Shown one piece after another: positions 36,209 through 43,819 of a DNA stretch of 64,000 nt. Each line of letters starts with the position of its first letter. Position 1 is the first letter of the stretch. The stretch is from Candidatus Latescibacterota bacterium. Its GTDB lineage: Bacteria; Latescibacterota; UBA2968. The position numbers were made by a program, and so were the translations under genes. The notes beneath the pieces were generated by a model. That model saw nothing but the letters and a program-made list of their open reading frames with translations, made no database searches and was not told the origin of the DNA. The stretch is from positions 544,001 through 608,000 of the forward strand of contig OZ242311.1 of the NCBI GenBank assembly GCA_965207885.1, given 5' to 3'.

Positions 36209-36507
36209 ATGATCTCATTTATAGCCGACACGCCAGGACACGCATGCAACAGCGCGGCATTCGCAAAGCAGATATTCCGATTATTATCGAGTATGGAACG
36301 CAGATTGACGACGAGACCTATTTTATGCGTAACCGGGATGCCGCCCGCGAGATCGAGACCCGCAAGCGAGAGATACAGACGTTGAGTCGGCTTGTGAATC
36401 GCAAGGTTGTGATACGCAACGGGCGCGTCATCACTGCCTATCCCTCAAACCTCGCAGACCAAAAACGCACACTACGCCGCGGACGACAAAAGGGGTTGGT
36501 GAAATGA
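36205..36507 (+). CDS. DUF4258-like (RelE/BrnT-fold) putative toxin
   Basis: YSRHARTRMQQRGI and VITAY motifs; ATGA overlap with the XRE gene. Confidence 0.7.
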   Translation: MNDLIYSRHARTRMQQRGIRKADIPIIIEYGTQIDDETYFMRNRDAAREIETRKREIQTLSRLVNRKVVIRNGRVITAYPSNLADQKRTLRRGRQKGLVK

Positions 36508-36532
36508 CAACGGAATCTCAAAACAATTCGGT

Positions 36533-36669
36533 TTGCTCTTTGCAAGCTAGTTTGGATTAAATCGCGGTGATAAGCAGTATGATGCGAAGTACGATCTGGA
36601 TGGTGATGACACAATTGGATTTAGTGATTTTCTGATCTTCGCAGAAGCTTCAGCAAGGAAGGGTCATAA
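36533..36669 (+). pseudogene. Remnant of a dockerin/EF-hand-like C-terminal domain
   Basis: LLFAS*FGLNRGDKQYDAKYDLDGDDTIGFSDFLIFAE with an in-frame TAG and a terminal frameshift; no start. Confidence 0.7.
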
Positions 36670-36730
36670 ATCGCGCTTCCCTGTGACGTCTAAAACTGTT
36701 CACGGTATTGAAAAAAAGGAGCGAGTACTT

Positions 36731-37531
36731 ATGGCCACCAAAAATATGGTAGTGCTTTTCGATGAATCCGGAACACCAACTATCAAAGACGATCCAAGGA
36801 CAGATTGGTTTCTTGGCGTTGGCATAGCTTACGAGCAATCTGCCGAGAAGATGATCTTTTCCAGATGCAAAGATGCTTGCGGTCTAGCGAATAGCAGACC
36901 GTTGAAAAACGACCGCATTGGAAACGTTCGTGCAGTATGTATTGCAAAGCTCTTGGCAGACTTACCTGTGTCCATATTTATTTCTCGTGTGAATACAGCA
37001 GATCCAGAATATCGTGAAACCATAGTTGACTATGAGGACTTTGGTAACAAAGCCAGGCAGGAATTTCGACAAGTCCGAGGACGCCCGATAGCCCAAATTA
37101 TTCATTCTCAGGTACTTGATTATTGTTTATTCTATTTGATCACGGGCTATTTTGAGCAAGGTGGAGGCGATTCTGCCTTTGCCATATTCATCGATAATTG
37201 GTCTATTTCTCCAAACGATATTGATATTTTCCTTAGCTTTAGGGCCGAATCCTTATATGAAAGGATATCGTCTTTACATCGTCGTTTTCCTGCTGAAGGG
37301 CAACTCGTTTCAATAAAACCGCTGGAGTTGCTTAAGGAAGATAGCAGCAGAAAGAGATTCGTTGATGTGGTGGCCAGTATCTTCAGTAGGGCATACCTAA
37401 AAAGGGACAATCAGAGGTATTCATATGAAGCTGCAAATATCCTTCAAGAATGTGGAAAGGCATCGTGTAGTGATGCGACGCAATATTTGATTAATCTCGT
37501 GCAAGCAGTAATGAAAGAAAGTCAAAATTGA
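36731..37531 (+). CDS. DUF3800-like protein (RNase H-like fold)
   Basis: N-terminal VLFDESGT, IFIDN, C-terminal FVDVVAS; start re-called to 36731 behind AAGGAG. Confidence 0.6.
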   Translation: MATKNMVVLFDESGTPTIKDDPRTDWFLGVGIAYEQSAEKMIFSRCKDACGLANSRPLKNDRIGNVRAVCIAKLLADLPVSIFISRVNTADPEYRETIVDYEDFGNKARQEFRQVRGRPIAQIIHSQVLDYCLFYLITGYFEQGGGDSAFAIFIDNWSISPNDIDIFLSFRAESLYERISSLHRRFPAEGQLVSIKPLELLKEDSSRKRFVDVVASIFSRAYLKRDNQRYSYEAANILQECGKASCSDATQYLINLVQAVMKESQN

Positions 37532-37778
37532 GCGTGTTGAAGGTAGGGGGACCTGCGCTCAGGTCTTGGGGTGTCTCAAAGCCCAGACCGATTGGCTCAC
37601 GGGTGGAGGCAAGGCTATCACAGCGTGTGTGGGATGGGTTTTGGATGGGTGGCTTGAGCGGTGGGTATCCTGTAAATCCTCACATCCTACCTATCCTGAT
37701 GAACTGGTCTGGAAATCGACCAGTTGTACACCGCTTCTGACAAGGGGGATTGGCTGGCTTGCGAATAGCACCCAACGC

Positions 37779-37861
37779 GAGATATTTTGAAATGCGATTG
37801 ACAATATCGCGTTGTTGATACATTTTTTATCGGACAGTATGGATATAGTGGGAGACAGCGC
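37779..37861 (+). repeat. Island module-boundary repeat B
   Basis: GAGATATTTTGAAATGCGATTGACAATATCGCGTTGTTGATACATTTT...GGGAGACAGCGC, paralogous to repeat A. Confidence 0.8.
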
Positions 37862-37907
37862 AATACGATTTTGGTAGAAACTCGCTGATGCTATACAATG
37901 GGGCTAC

Positions 37908-38384
37908 ATGAGATTACAGCGTGTATATGTTGATACTTCTGTCATCGGCGGCTGCCATGATGATGAGTTTGCCACCTGGTCAAACGGCTTGATGAAAGAT
38001 TTCCGTTTGGGTAACTTCCGGCCGGTCGTATCCGAAGTCGTTGACGCGGAGGTTCGGGATGCCCCTGAGCCTATTCGAGATATTTATTCAGAACTTTTGA
38101 CTCTGGAGCCTGAATTTCTCAACGCTACAGAGGAAGCCGTGCAACTTGCTGAAATCTACCTGGAAAGACAGATTCTGACAGACAGATTCTTCGATGATGC
38201 CCTGCATATCGCTTTGGCTTCGGTTGCAGAAGTCGATGTGTTGGTTAGCTGGAACTTCAGACACATCGTACACTTCGACAAGATACGTCTGTTCACCGCT
38301 GTGAATATTGAGCGTGGCTATAAACCATTACAGATATACTCTCCGCGTGAGGTGACCAATTATGGAGACGAAAAAGACGTTTGA
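37908..38384 (+). CDS. PIN-domain (VapC-like) toxin
   Basis: VYVDTSV, DALHIA, LVSWNFRHIV, IYSPREV. Confidence 0.88.
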   Translation: MRLQRVYVDTSVIGGCHDDEFATWSNGLMKDFRLGNFRPVVSEVVDAEVRDAPEPIRDIYSELLTLEPEFLNATEEAVQLAEIYLERQILTDRFFDDALHIALASVAEVDVLVSWNFRHIVHFDKIRLFTAVNIERGYKPLQIYSPREVTNYGDEKDV

Positions 38385-38538
38385 TGCGGTTAAAATTGTG
38401 CGCCGGATTCGAGACGCGCACTATGAGCAACTCAAAGATAGAACGGTAAAAGAGCAATTGGCATTTTACCAAGGCAAGTCTCATGCATTGCGTAACGAAT
38501 TAAAAAAGAAATTGCAAGAGCATTATGATGACGAATGA
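38362..38538 (+). CDS. Small putative antitoxin of the PIN toxin (58 aa, below ORF-track cutoff)
   Basis: METKKTFDAVKIVRRIRDAHYEQLKD...; GAGGTG RBS; overlaps PIN 3' end. Confidence 0.7.
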   Translation: METKKTFDAVKIVRRIRDAHYEQLKDRTVKEQLAFYQGKSHALRNELKKKLQEHYDDE

Positions 38539-38713
38539 CCCCATTGTTTCGGAAGTCCGAGCAGTACGCGATAAACACGCTGCTCAGTTTGGCTACAATC
38601 TCAAAGAGATATTCCGCGATATTAAGAAAAAACAAAAAGCATCTGGTCGTCAATATGTGCAGTATCCATCCCGTGCGGCTGTTGCAACAGCTATTACAAC
38701 TTCAGACCAGTAG
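38525..38713 (+). CDS. Small putative antitoxin (DPIVxEVR type)
   Basis: NDPIVSEVRAVRDKHAAQFGYNL motif. Confidence 0.65.
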   Translation: MMTNDPIVSEVRAVRDKHAAQFGYNLKEIFRDIKKKQKASGRQYVQYPSRAAVATAITTSDQ

Positions 38714-38729
38714 CGATAAAGGCAATATC

Positions 38730-39320
38730 ATGACGACGGTTTTCATTGGCGGTTCTCGTAGCCTCACACGCTTGAACGATACCATCAGGTACACAGCGGA
38801 TAACATCATGCGTCAGCATTTTGATATCGTTATCGGAGATGCAAATGGTGCTGATAAGGCTGTACAGAGCTATTTAGCAGAAAAAGCATATCGGAATGTT
38901 ATCGTCTATTGTATGGATGATCACTGTCGGAACAACGTGGGAAGTTGGCCAGTAGAACAGATATATGCAGATAATCAGGTAAAGGACTTTGCATACTACA
39001 CAACTAAGGATACAGAGATGGCTCAAGTAGCGTCCTATGGCTTCATGATTTGGGATGGAAAGAGTAAGGGAACTTTGAACAATATTCTCAACTTATTGCA
39101 GCTACAGAAGAATATCCTGGTCTATTTTTCGCCCGATAAGTCCTGTTATAAGCTCAAATCACACGATGATCTTAATACACTCTTAAAAAAGTGCAGCATC
39201 GATATGAGAGAAATGTTCAAACTTCGGAACTTGCGAACCAGGAAGCATGTGATTAAAGGCGACCCCGAGGATCTGGTTCATATCACCTGGGATAAGGCGG
39301 TGAATATTGATCTACCTTGA
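38730..39320 (+). CDS. SLOG/YspA-like (DUF2493-like) protein with a foreign antitoxin-like C-terminus
   Basis: VFIGGSR, IGDANGAD, KDTEMA, IWDGKSKGT; tail KGDPEDLVHITW resembles Phd/YefM-type antitoxin ends. Confidence 0.65.
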   Translation: MTTVFIGGSRSLTRLNDTIRYTADNIMRQHFDIVIGDANGADKAVQSYLAEKAYRNVIVYCMDDHCRNNVGSWPVEQIYADNQVKDFAYYTTKDTEMAQVASYGFMIWDGKSKGTLNNILNLLQLQKNILVYFSPDKSCYKLKSHDDLNTLLKKCSIDMREMFKLRNLRTRKHVIKGDPEDLVHITWDKAVNIDLP

Positions 39321-39445
39321 TGTTTTGAAATGCGGTTGACAAAAGCGTATGTGTTAAACATTGACATGTACGCTTTTTTGTTTTCTTTGACTTCACAGCC
39401 TTAACCGAAATCCGATTGACAATGTCGCATTGTTGCTACATTGTT
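39319..39445 (+). promoter_or_regulatory. Repeat copies C and D with an intervening terminator hairpin, upstream of the enolase gene
   Basis: C GATGTTTTGAAATGCGGTTGACAA; hairpin AAAAGCGTA..TACGCTTTT (39341-39377); D GAAATCCGATTGACAATGTCGCA-TTGT-TGCTACATTGT. Confidence 0.65.
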
Positions 39446-39485
39446 TATTTCTGAGGATATTCCCAATACCAGAAAAGGAAAATAC

Positions 39486-40694
39486 ATGAAAATCAAATCC
39501 GTCGAAGTCGTTCGCGTGGAACGGCCAGATGCAAGCCAGGTCTCAACGGGTTCTGGTACGACGCTCGCTGCTTCAACAAGTGCAGCCCCGAGGACAAAGG
39601 GGTATAGAAAGGCGTGGCCCTCGCAGATAGAGGTGGCAAATCCGATGTCTAAGTTCCCGCGGTTTAAGGCGCGGCGTCAGCTTTACGGTGCCAGACAGTG
39701 GCCCAGGTTTTCGGTTAAGGTGACCGCTGAAGACGGGACCTGGGGCCTCGGCACGTCGGCGGGACGCCCAGTTGCTATGGTGGTGGAAGATGCTTTCGCG
39801 CATATACTGGAAGGGGAAAGTTGTCTGGCAATTGAAAAGCTGTGGGATATGATGTTTCGCGTGTCCAAATCTTTTGGGACTGTGGGGATTGCCTCGTTGG
39901 CGATTAGTGCTGTGGATCTGGCGCTGTGGGATCTGGCGGGGAAATTGCAGGGCAAGCCCGTTTATGAACTTCTGGGTGGTCCGGCGCGCGATCGTTTGTT
40001 TGTGTACGCGACGGGTGATGATGTGGATTGGTACAAGGAGTTGGGGTTTCGGGCGTTTAAGTTGCCCTGTCAATATGGGCCGGTTGATGGGTTGTGGGGA
40101 TTGGGGGAGAACGAGAGGCGAATAGCCGAGGTCCGCGAGTTGATCGGCGATGATTGCGATCTCATGCTGGATTGTTATATGGCTTTGGATGTGGAATATA
40201 CCGCGCGTTTGGCCAATCGCCTGCGTCCTTATAATCTGCGCTGGATGGAAGAGTGCCTGATTCCCGAGGATGTTGGGGGGCATATTGAACTCAAGAAACG
40301 CCTGCCGTGGTTGACGCTTGCCAGTGGCGAGCATTTTTACACGCCGTATCCCTACCAGTTGATGATCGAAAATCGGTGTCTCGATATTCTCCAGCCCGAT
40401 ATTCAGTGGGTGGGCGGTTTGACTGCTTGTGTCAAAATTTGTAATATGGCTGCTGCTGCGGGTCTGGAAGTTTGTCTGCACGGCGGGGGACGCGATGCGT
40501 ACGGTCAGCATTTGAGCTGGGCAATGCCCAATACGCCCTGGTGTGAGTATTTTATCGGTTCTGATCCGGGGGTACCACTTGAAGAAGTGGCGCAACCCGG
40601 CGCGCGCGTGCCGCGCAATAGCTATCTGGAGTTTGCGCCGACGGGTCCGGGTTTTGATCTGGGGATTGAAGAGGATTGGTTGGTGCCGTTTTAG
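39486..40694 (+). CDS. Mandelate racemase/enolase superfamily, L-rhamnonate dehydratase-like
   Basis: VANPMS, SAVDLALWDL, MLDCYM, WMEE, SGEH, LQPDI; start 39486. Confidence 0.85.
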   Translation: MKIKSVEVVRVERPDASQVSTGSGTTLAASTSAAPRTKGYRKAWPSQIEVANPMSKFPRFKARRQLYGARQWPRFSVKVTAEDGTWGLGTSAGRPVAMVVEDAFAHILEGESCLAIEKLWDMMFRVSKSFGTVGIASLAISAVDLALWDLAGKLQGKPVYELLGGPARDRLFVYATGDDVDWYKELGFRAFKLPCQYGPVDGLWGLGENERRIAEVRELIGDDCDLMLDCYMALDVEYTARLANRLRPYNLRWMEECLIPEDVGGHIELKKRLPWLTLASGEHFYTPYPYQLMIENRCLDILQPDIQWVGGLTACVKICNMAAAAGLEVCLHGGGRDAYGQHLSWAMPNTPWCEYFIGSDPGVPLEEVAQPGARVPRNSYLEFAPTGPGFDLGIEEDWLVPF

Positions 40695-40847
40695 ACGAAT
40701 CAACGAATCAACGAATCAACGAATCAACGAAACAGGTAATGTACATGAAAGCCGTCATTGCGGCATGGTTTTAGCCGCAATCCAGAGGTTTTGGGTGGTT
40801 GGGCGGGGTTCGTCTATTCGCGCTTTTCTCGTCTATTCGTCTATTCG
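40695..40847 (+). repeat. Composite repeat: (ACGAATCA)x4, palindrome copy 3 (40754-40785), inverted ATTCGTCT units
   Basis: Directly visible in the intergenic sequence. Confidence 0.8.
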
Positions 40848-40862
40848 CAGGAAGGAACAAAA

Positions 40863-41696
40863 ATGGATAAGACAATTATTTCAGTGGCGGTTGTGGGATC
40901 GGGTCCTACGAAAGATATGAATCCGGCGGTGCCTTATACGCCAAAGGAGATTGCAGAAGCAGCTATCGAGTGCCATAAGGCGGGTGCGGCTATTACGCAT
41001 ATCCATGTGCGCGATCCCGAGACGGGTATTGTGTGTTCGCGGATTGAGCTTTTTAAGGAGGTGGTGGATCGGATTCGGCAAGCTTGTGATATTGCGATTA
41101 ATCTGACGACGAGTGGGGGAAATATTAAAGGGGAAAATATTATTGAAGAACGGCTTGAGCCAGTTACGCTAAAACCCGAGATTTGCTCTCTGGATATCGG
41201 CTCGTTGAATTTTGGCACTCGGGTTTTTATGAATCCACCGGAATGGGGTGTTGCTGCGGCAAAGCGCATGCGCGAGCATCGCGTCAAGCCGGAGATCGAG
41301 GTTTTTGATGCCGGTCATATCCGCCAGGCGCGGTATATGATTGCGGAGGGGTTGTTCGAAGATCCCCCGTTTATTCAGTTGTGTATGGGTCCCGGATGGG
41401 GTATTGAAGCCACACCCGAAAATCTGATTTTTATGAAAAGTCTCTTGCCGCCCGATGTGATCTGGTCCGCTCTGGGTGTGGGCAAAGGGCAGTTGCCGAT
41501 GATTACCATGGCTTTTCTCATGGGAGGGCATATACGGGTGGGTTTTGAAGATAATATTTATTTGCGGAGAGGTGTTTTGCTCAAGAGCAATGCACAGATG
41601 GTCGATCTCGCGGCGAGTATTGTGGAAAAGCTTCAGGGCGAGATTGCCACGCCAAATGATGCCCGAGAAATGCTGGGGCTTACGTATCCGGGGTGA
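40863..41696 (+). CDS. Beta-keto acid cleavage enzyme (BKACE / Kce, DUF849)
   Basis: [42 protein letters not shown]. Confidence 0.9.
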   Translation: MDKTIISVAVVGSGPTKDMNPAVPYTPKEIAEAAIECHKAGAAITHIHVRDPETGIVCSRIELFKEVVDRIRQACDIAINLTTSGGNIKGENIIEERLEPVTLKPEICSLDIGSLNFGTRVFMNPPEWGVAAAKRMREHRVKPEIEVFDAGHIRQARYMIAEGLFEDPPFIQLCMGPGWGIEATPENLIFMKSLLPPDVIWSALGVGKGQLPMITMAFLMGGHIRVGFEDNIYLRRGVLLKSNAQMVDLAASIVEKLQGEIATPNDAREMLGLTYPG

Positions 41697-41704
41697 GGAG
41701 TGAG

Positions 41705-42550
41705 ATGGATGTTCTGATGGGTACAACTGAATATGACGTTGATTGGCGCATGCTCAATATGAATGCCGAGTTGGTCGCATCCAGTTTGAGCCTCACGTTG
41801 CGGTCGGGTCTTCACATGCTGCGACCCTACTGGCGATCCAATGTCAATGGCGGCGATGGTGTTGCGCCGATCAATCATATTTTGAAATTTGAAACTTTCG
41901 GGCATCCCTGTTCTCTTCAGACAACACTGCGACAGGAATCGCAGATTCGTCTGGTTACAACGCGCAATGATGACGGAAGTCTCAAACGCGGGCATATCGT
42001 TCTGACATGCGAACTTTTTAAGGCGGATAATCTGGTTGGTCGATCGGAGTTTTGGCTGGCGCTTACGCGGCCGCTTGCACCGCCTGATGAGCGCATGCCT
42101 TCCGATGTGCCGGAGGGGCTTAAATTTTTGAAGGAGTACGAATTGGGTGAAGATGATTTGCTCAGCCGGGATATCGAATCCTATCGCTGCGAGGGCAGTG
42201 GTGAGATGCTGACCTATGACACGCAGCCGGTTGTTTTTCACATGGATCAGTCAGATCAGTATCGGCATATCAACACCGTCAAGTACATGGACCGGGTGCT
42301 CGATCTCCTGTCGCTTCAATATCACAAGATGGGAGGCGATGTCGGGCACTTGCGGTTTCACGAAATTGTGATTTATTTTCGCAAGCCTTTTGTGCCCGGA
42401 CAAGTCGCAGAAGCAGAGCTCGATTTTGTTCAGCACGCGGATAAGTTTCGCGGTGCGGTGCGTTTTTATCACTGCAATGGCGATGGCACGCGCAGTGAGC
42501 GCATTTCTATGGCTATGGAAACGCGGGGTCCTCTGGTGGATGATCTGTAA
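41705..42550 (+). CDS. Acyl-ACP/acyl-CoA thioesterase-like (hot-dog fold) protein
   Basis: SDQYRHINTVKYMD resembles DxNxHVNNxxY; IYFRKPF; start 41693 or 41705. Confidence 0.55.
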   Translation: MDVLMGTTEYDVDWRMLNMNAELVASSLSLTLRSGLHMLRPYWRSNVNGGDGVAPINHILKFETFGHPCSLQTTLRQESQIRLVTTRNDDGSLKRGHIVLTCELFKADNLVGRSEFWLALTRPLAPPDERMPSDVPEGLKFLKEYELGEDDLLSRDIESYRCEGSGEMLTYDTQPVVFHMDQSDQYRHINTVKYMDRVLDLLSLQYHKMGGDVGHLRFHEIVIYFRKPFVPGQVAEAELDFVQHADKFRGAVRFYHCNGDGTRSERISMAMETRGPLVDDL

Positions 42551-42551
42551 A

Positions 42552-43181
42552 TTATTTGGGGAGGTCTGCGAGATGGGCAATATCGTTGAGTGCCATGAAG
42601 GTGGGTTCGCCTCCGGGGTCGAGTCGAAGGTGATGAATGGAGGCGTCGTGGCACGCGAATTGGGGTTTGTGTTCGTCTTCGGGCGTGTATCCCATGATCG
42701 CTTGCAGGCAGGCGACAATAGGGCGGACGTGTGTGATGCACGCAATTTGCTGGTCGGGCGCTTCGTTGACGAGTTGGCTCACGATGTTGGCAATGCGGGT
42801 GTGCAGGTCGGCATAGGTTTCGCTGCCTGGAACGCGCGCCTCTTCGAGGGATTGTCCTCCCAAAAAGCCGGGATAATATTTTTGGACTTCTTCGCGGGTG
42901 AGTGTGGCCAGGTCGCCGCTTTCGAGTTCGCGCAGGTCATTTTCTACTTCGGGCACGATATGGAGTATATCGCCTATCCATTCGGCTGTTTGATGGGCGC
43001 ATTGTTGGGGGCTGGTGTATAGGCCGCGAATGTCAAAGCCGCTTCTGAGGCGTTCGCCAATGAGCATGGCTTGTTGTTTGCCCCGGTGCGAGAGGGGGAG
43101 GTCGGCCCACCAGCCGTAGTGGTTTTCGCCGTCGCGTTCTCTGGCCTGTCCATGGGAGATTAGAATGAGGTCGGTTGGCAT
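42552..43181 (-). CDS. Histidine phosphatase (phosphoglycerate mutase) family, degenerate
   Basis: SHG, DLPLS.RG..QA, YTSP...A.QTA, LRELESG, LNDIAHL. Confidence 0.8.
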   Translation of the reverse strand: MPTDLILISHGQARERDGENHYGWWADLPLSHRGKQQAMLIGERLRSGFDIRGLYTSPQQCAHQTAEWIGDILHIVPEVENDLRELESGDLATLTREEVQKYYPGFLGGQSLEEARVPGSETYADLHTRIANIVSQLVNEAPDQQIACITHVRPIVACLQAIMGYTPEDEHKPQFACHDASIHHLRLDPGGEPTFMALNDIAHLADLPK

Positions 43182-43212
43182 GTGTGTTCCTTACTATTCT
43201 GAGGGGGTGTAT

Positions 43213-43767
43213 ATGAAGTCAATGGTCGCGGTGTTTTTTTTCACAATGGTCGCGTTTTTTGGTCGGGCAGATGCACAGGTGAATGTCAAGATAGGCGGGG
43301 GTGCTCTTCTCGATCCCACGCGCGGGGGCGGGCACCTGTCCATAGAGATTCCCATTGGTGATTTGTATCCGACGTATCTGGCGCCTTTTGTTGAGTTTTA
43401 TCGGAAGGACGGTATTTCAGAAATTCCAGCGGGTGTTAGTCTGGTTTATAAAGCCCCTTTGTCCGATCGCTATGGCACGGTGTTTTTTGGGGTTGCTGGC
43501 GGGGTGTTGCACGCACGGGGTTTTCCCGTGATTGTCGATGTACTGTTTGACGGATCAGTGCTTTACCTCGTAGATACAGAGACCGGAGACTTTGTAAGAG
43601 AAACGTCAACCGAGGCGTTGATTGCCGTAGCAGGTGGTATGCGATTTGATATTTCCGAGGGCATAGGTGCATTTGTACAGGGTCGCTGGTTTCGCGCTTT
43701 TGCGTCCGGATCAACAAATAATTTTGGCATTCAGGCAGGGCTGATGTTCTCTTTGGGTGAGAGATAG
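43213..43767 (+). CDS. Outer-membrane beta-barrel protein
   Basis: Signal peptide and amphipathic strands (FFGVAGG, GAFVQGRW, FGIQAGLMFSL). Confidence 0.6.
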   Translation: MKSMVAVFFFTMVAFFGRADAQVNVKIGGGALLDPTRGGGHLSIEIPIGDLYPTYLAPFVEFYRKDGISEIPAGVSLVYKAPLSDRYGTVFFGVAGGVLHARGFPVIVDVLFDGSVLYLVDTETGDFVRETSTEALIAVAGGMRFDISEGIGAFVQGRWFRAFASGSTNNFGIQAGLMFSLGER

Positions 43768-43793
43768 TGGACGAGTCAGGAGTTTATATCCAG

Positions 43794-43819
43794 GCCGGGA
43801 TTTATGTCCCGGCTTTTTT
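43794..43819 (+). terminator. Intrinsic terminator
   Basis: GCCGGGA-N6-TCCCGGC-T6. Confidence 0.7.

Noticed and set aside
37528-37790. Short ORFs and hairpins between the DUF3800-like gene and repeat B
   Set aside because: No RBS or motifs; small hairpins and ATCCT units only, insufficient to call a gene or ncRNA
34241-39445. Classical integron (attC array)
   Set aside because: No integron integrase, and the repeats lack RYYYAAC...GTTRRRY ends
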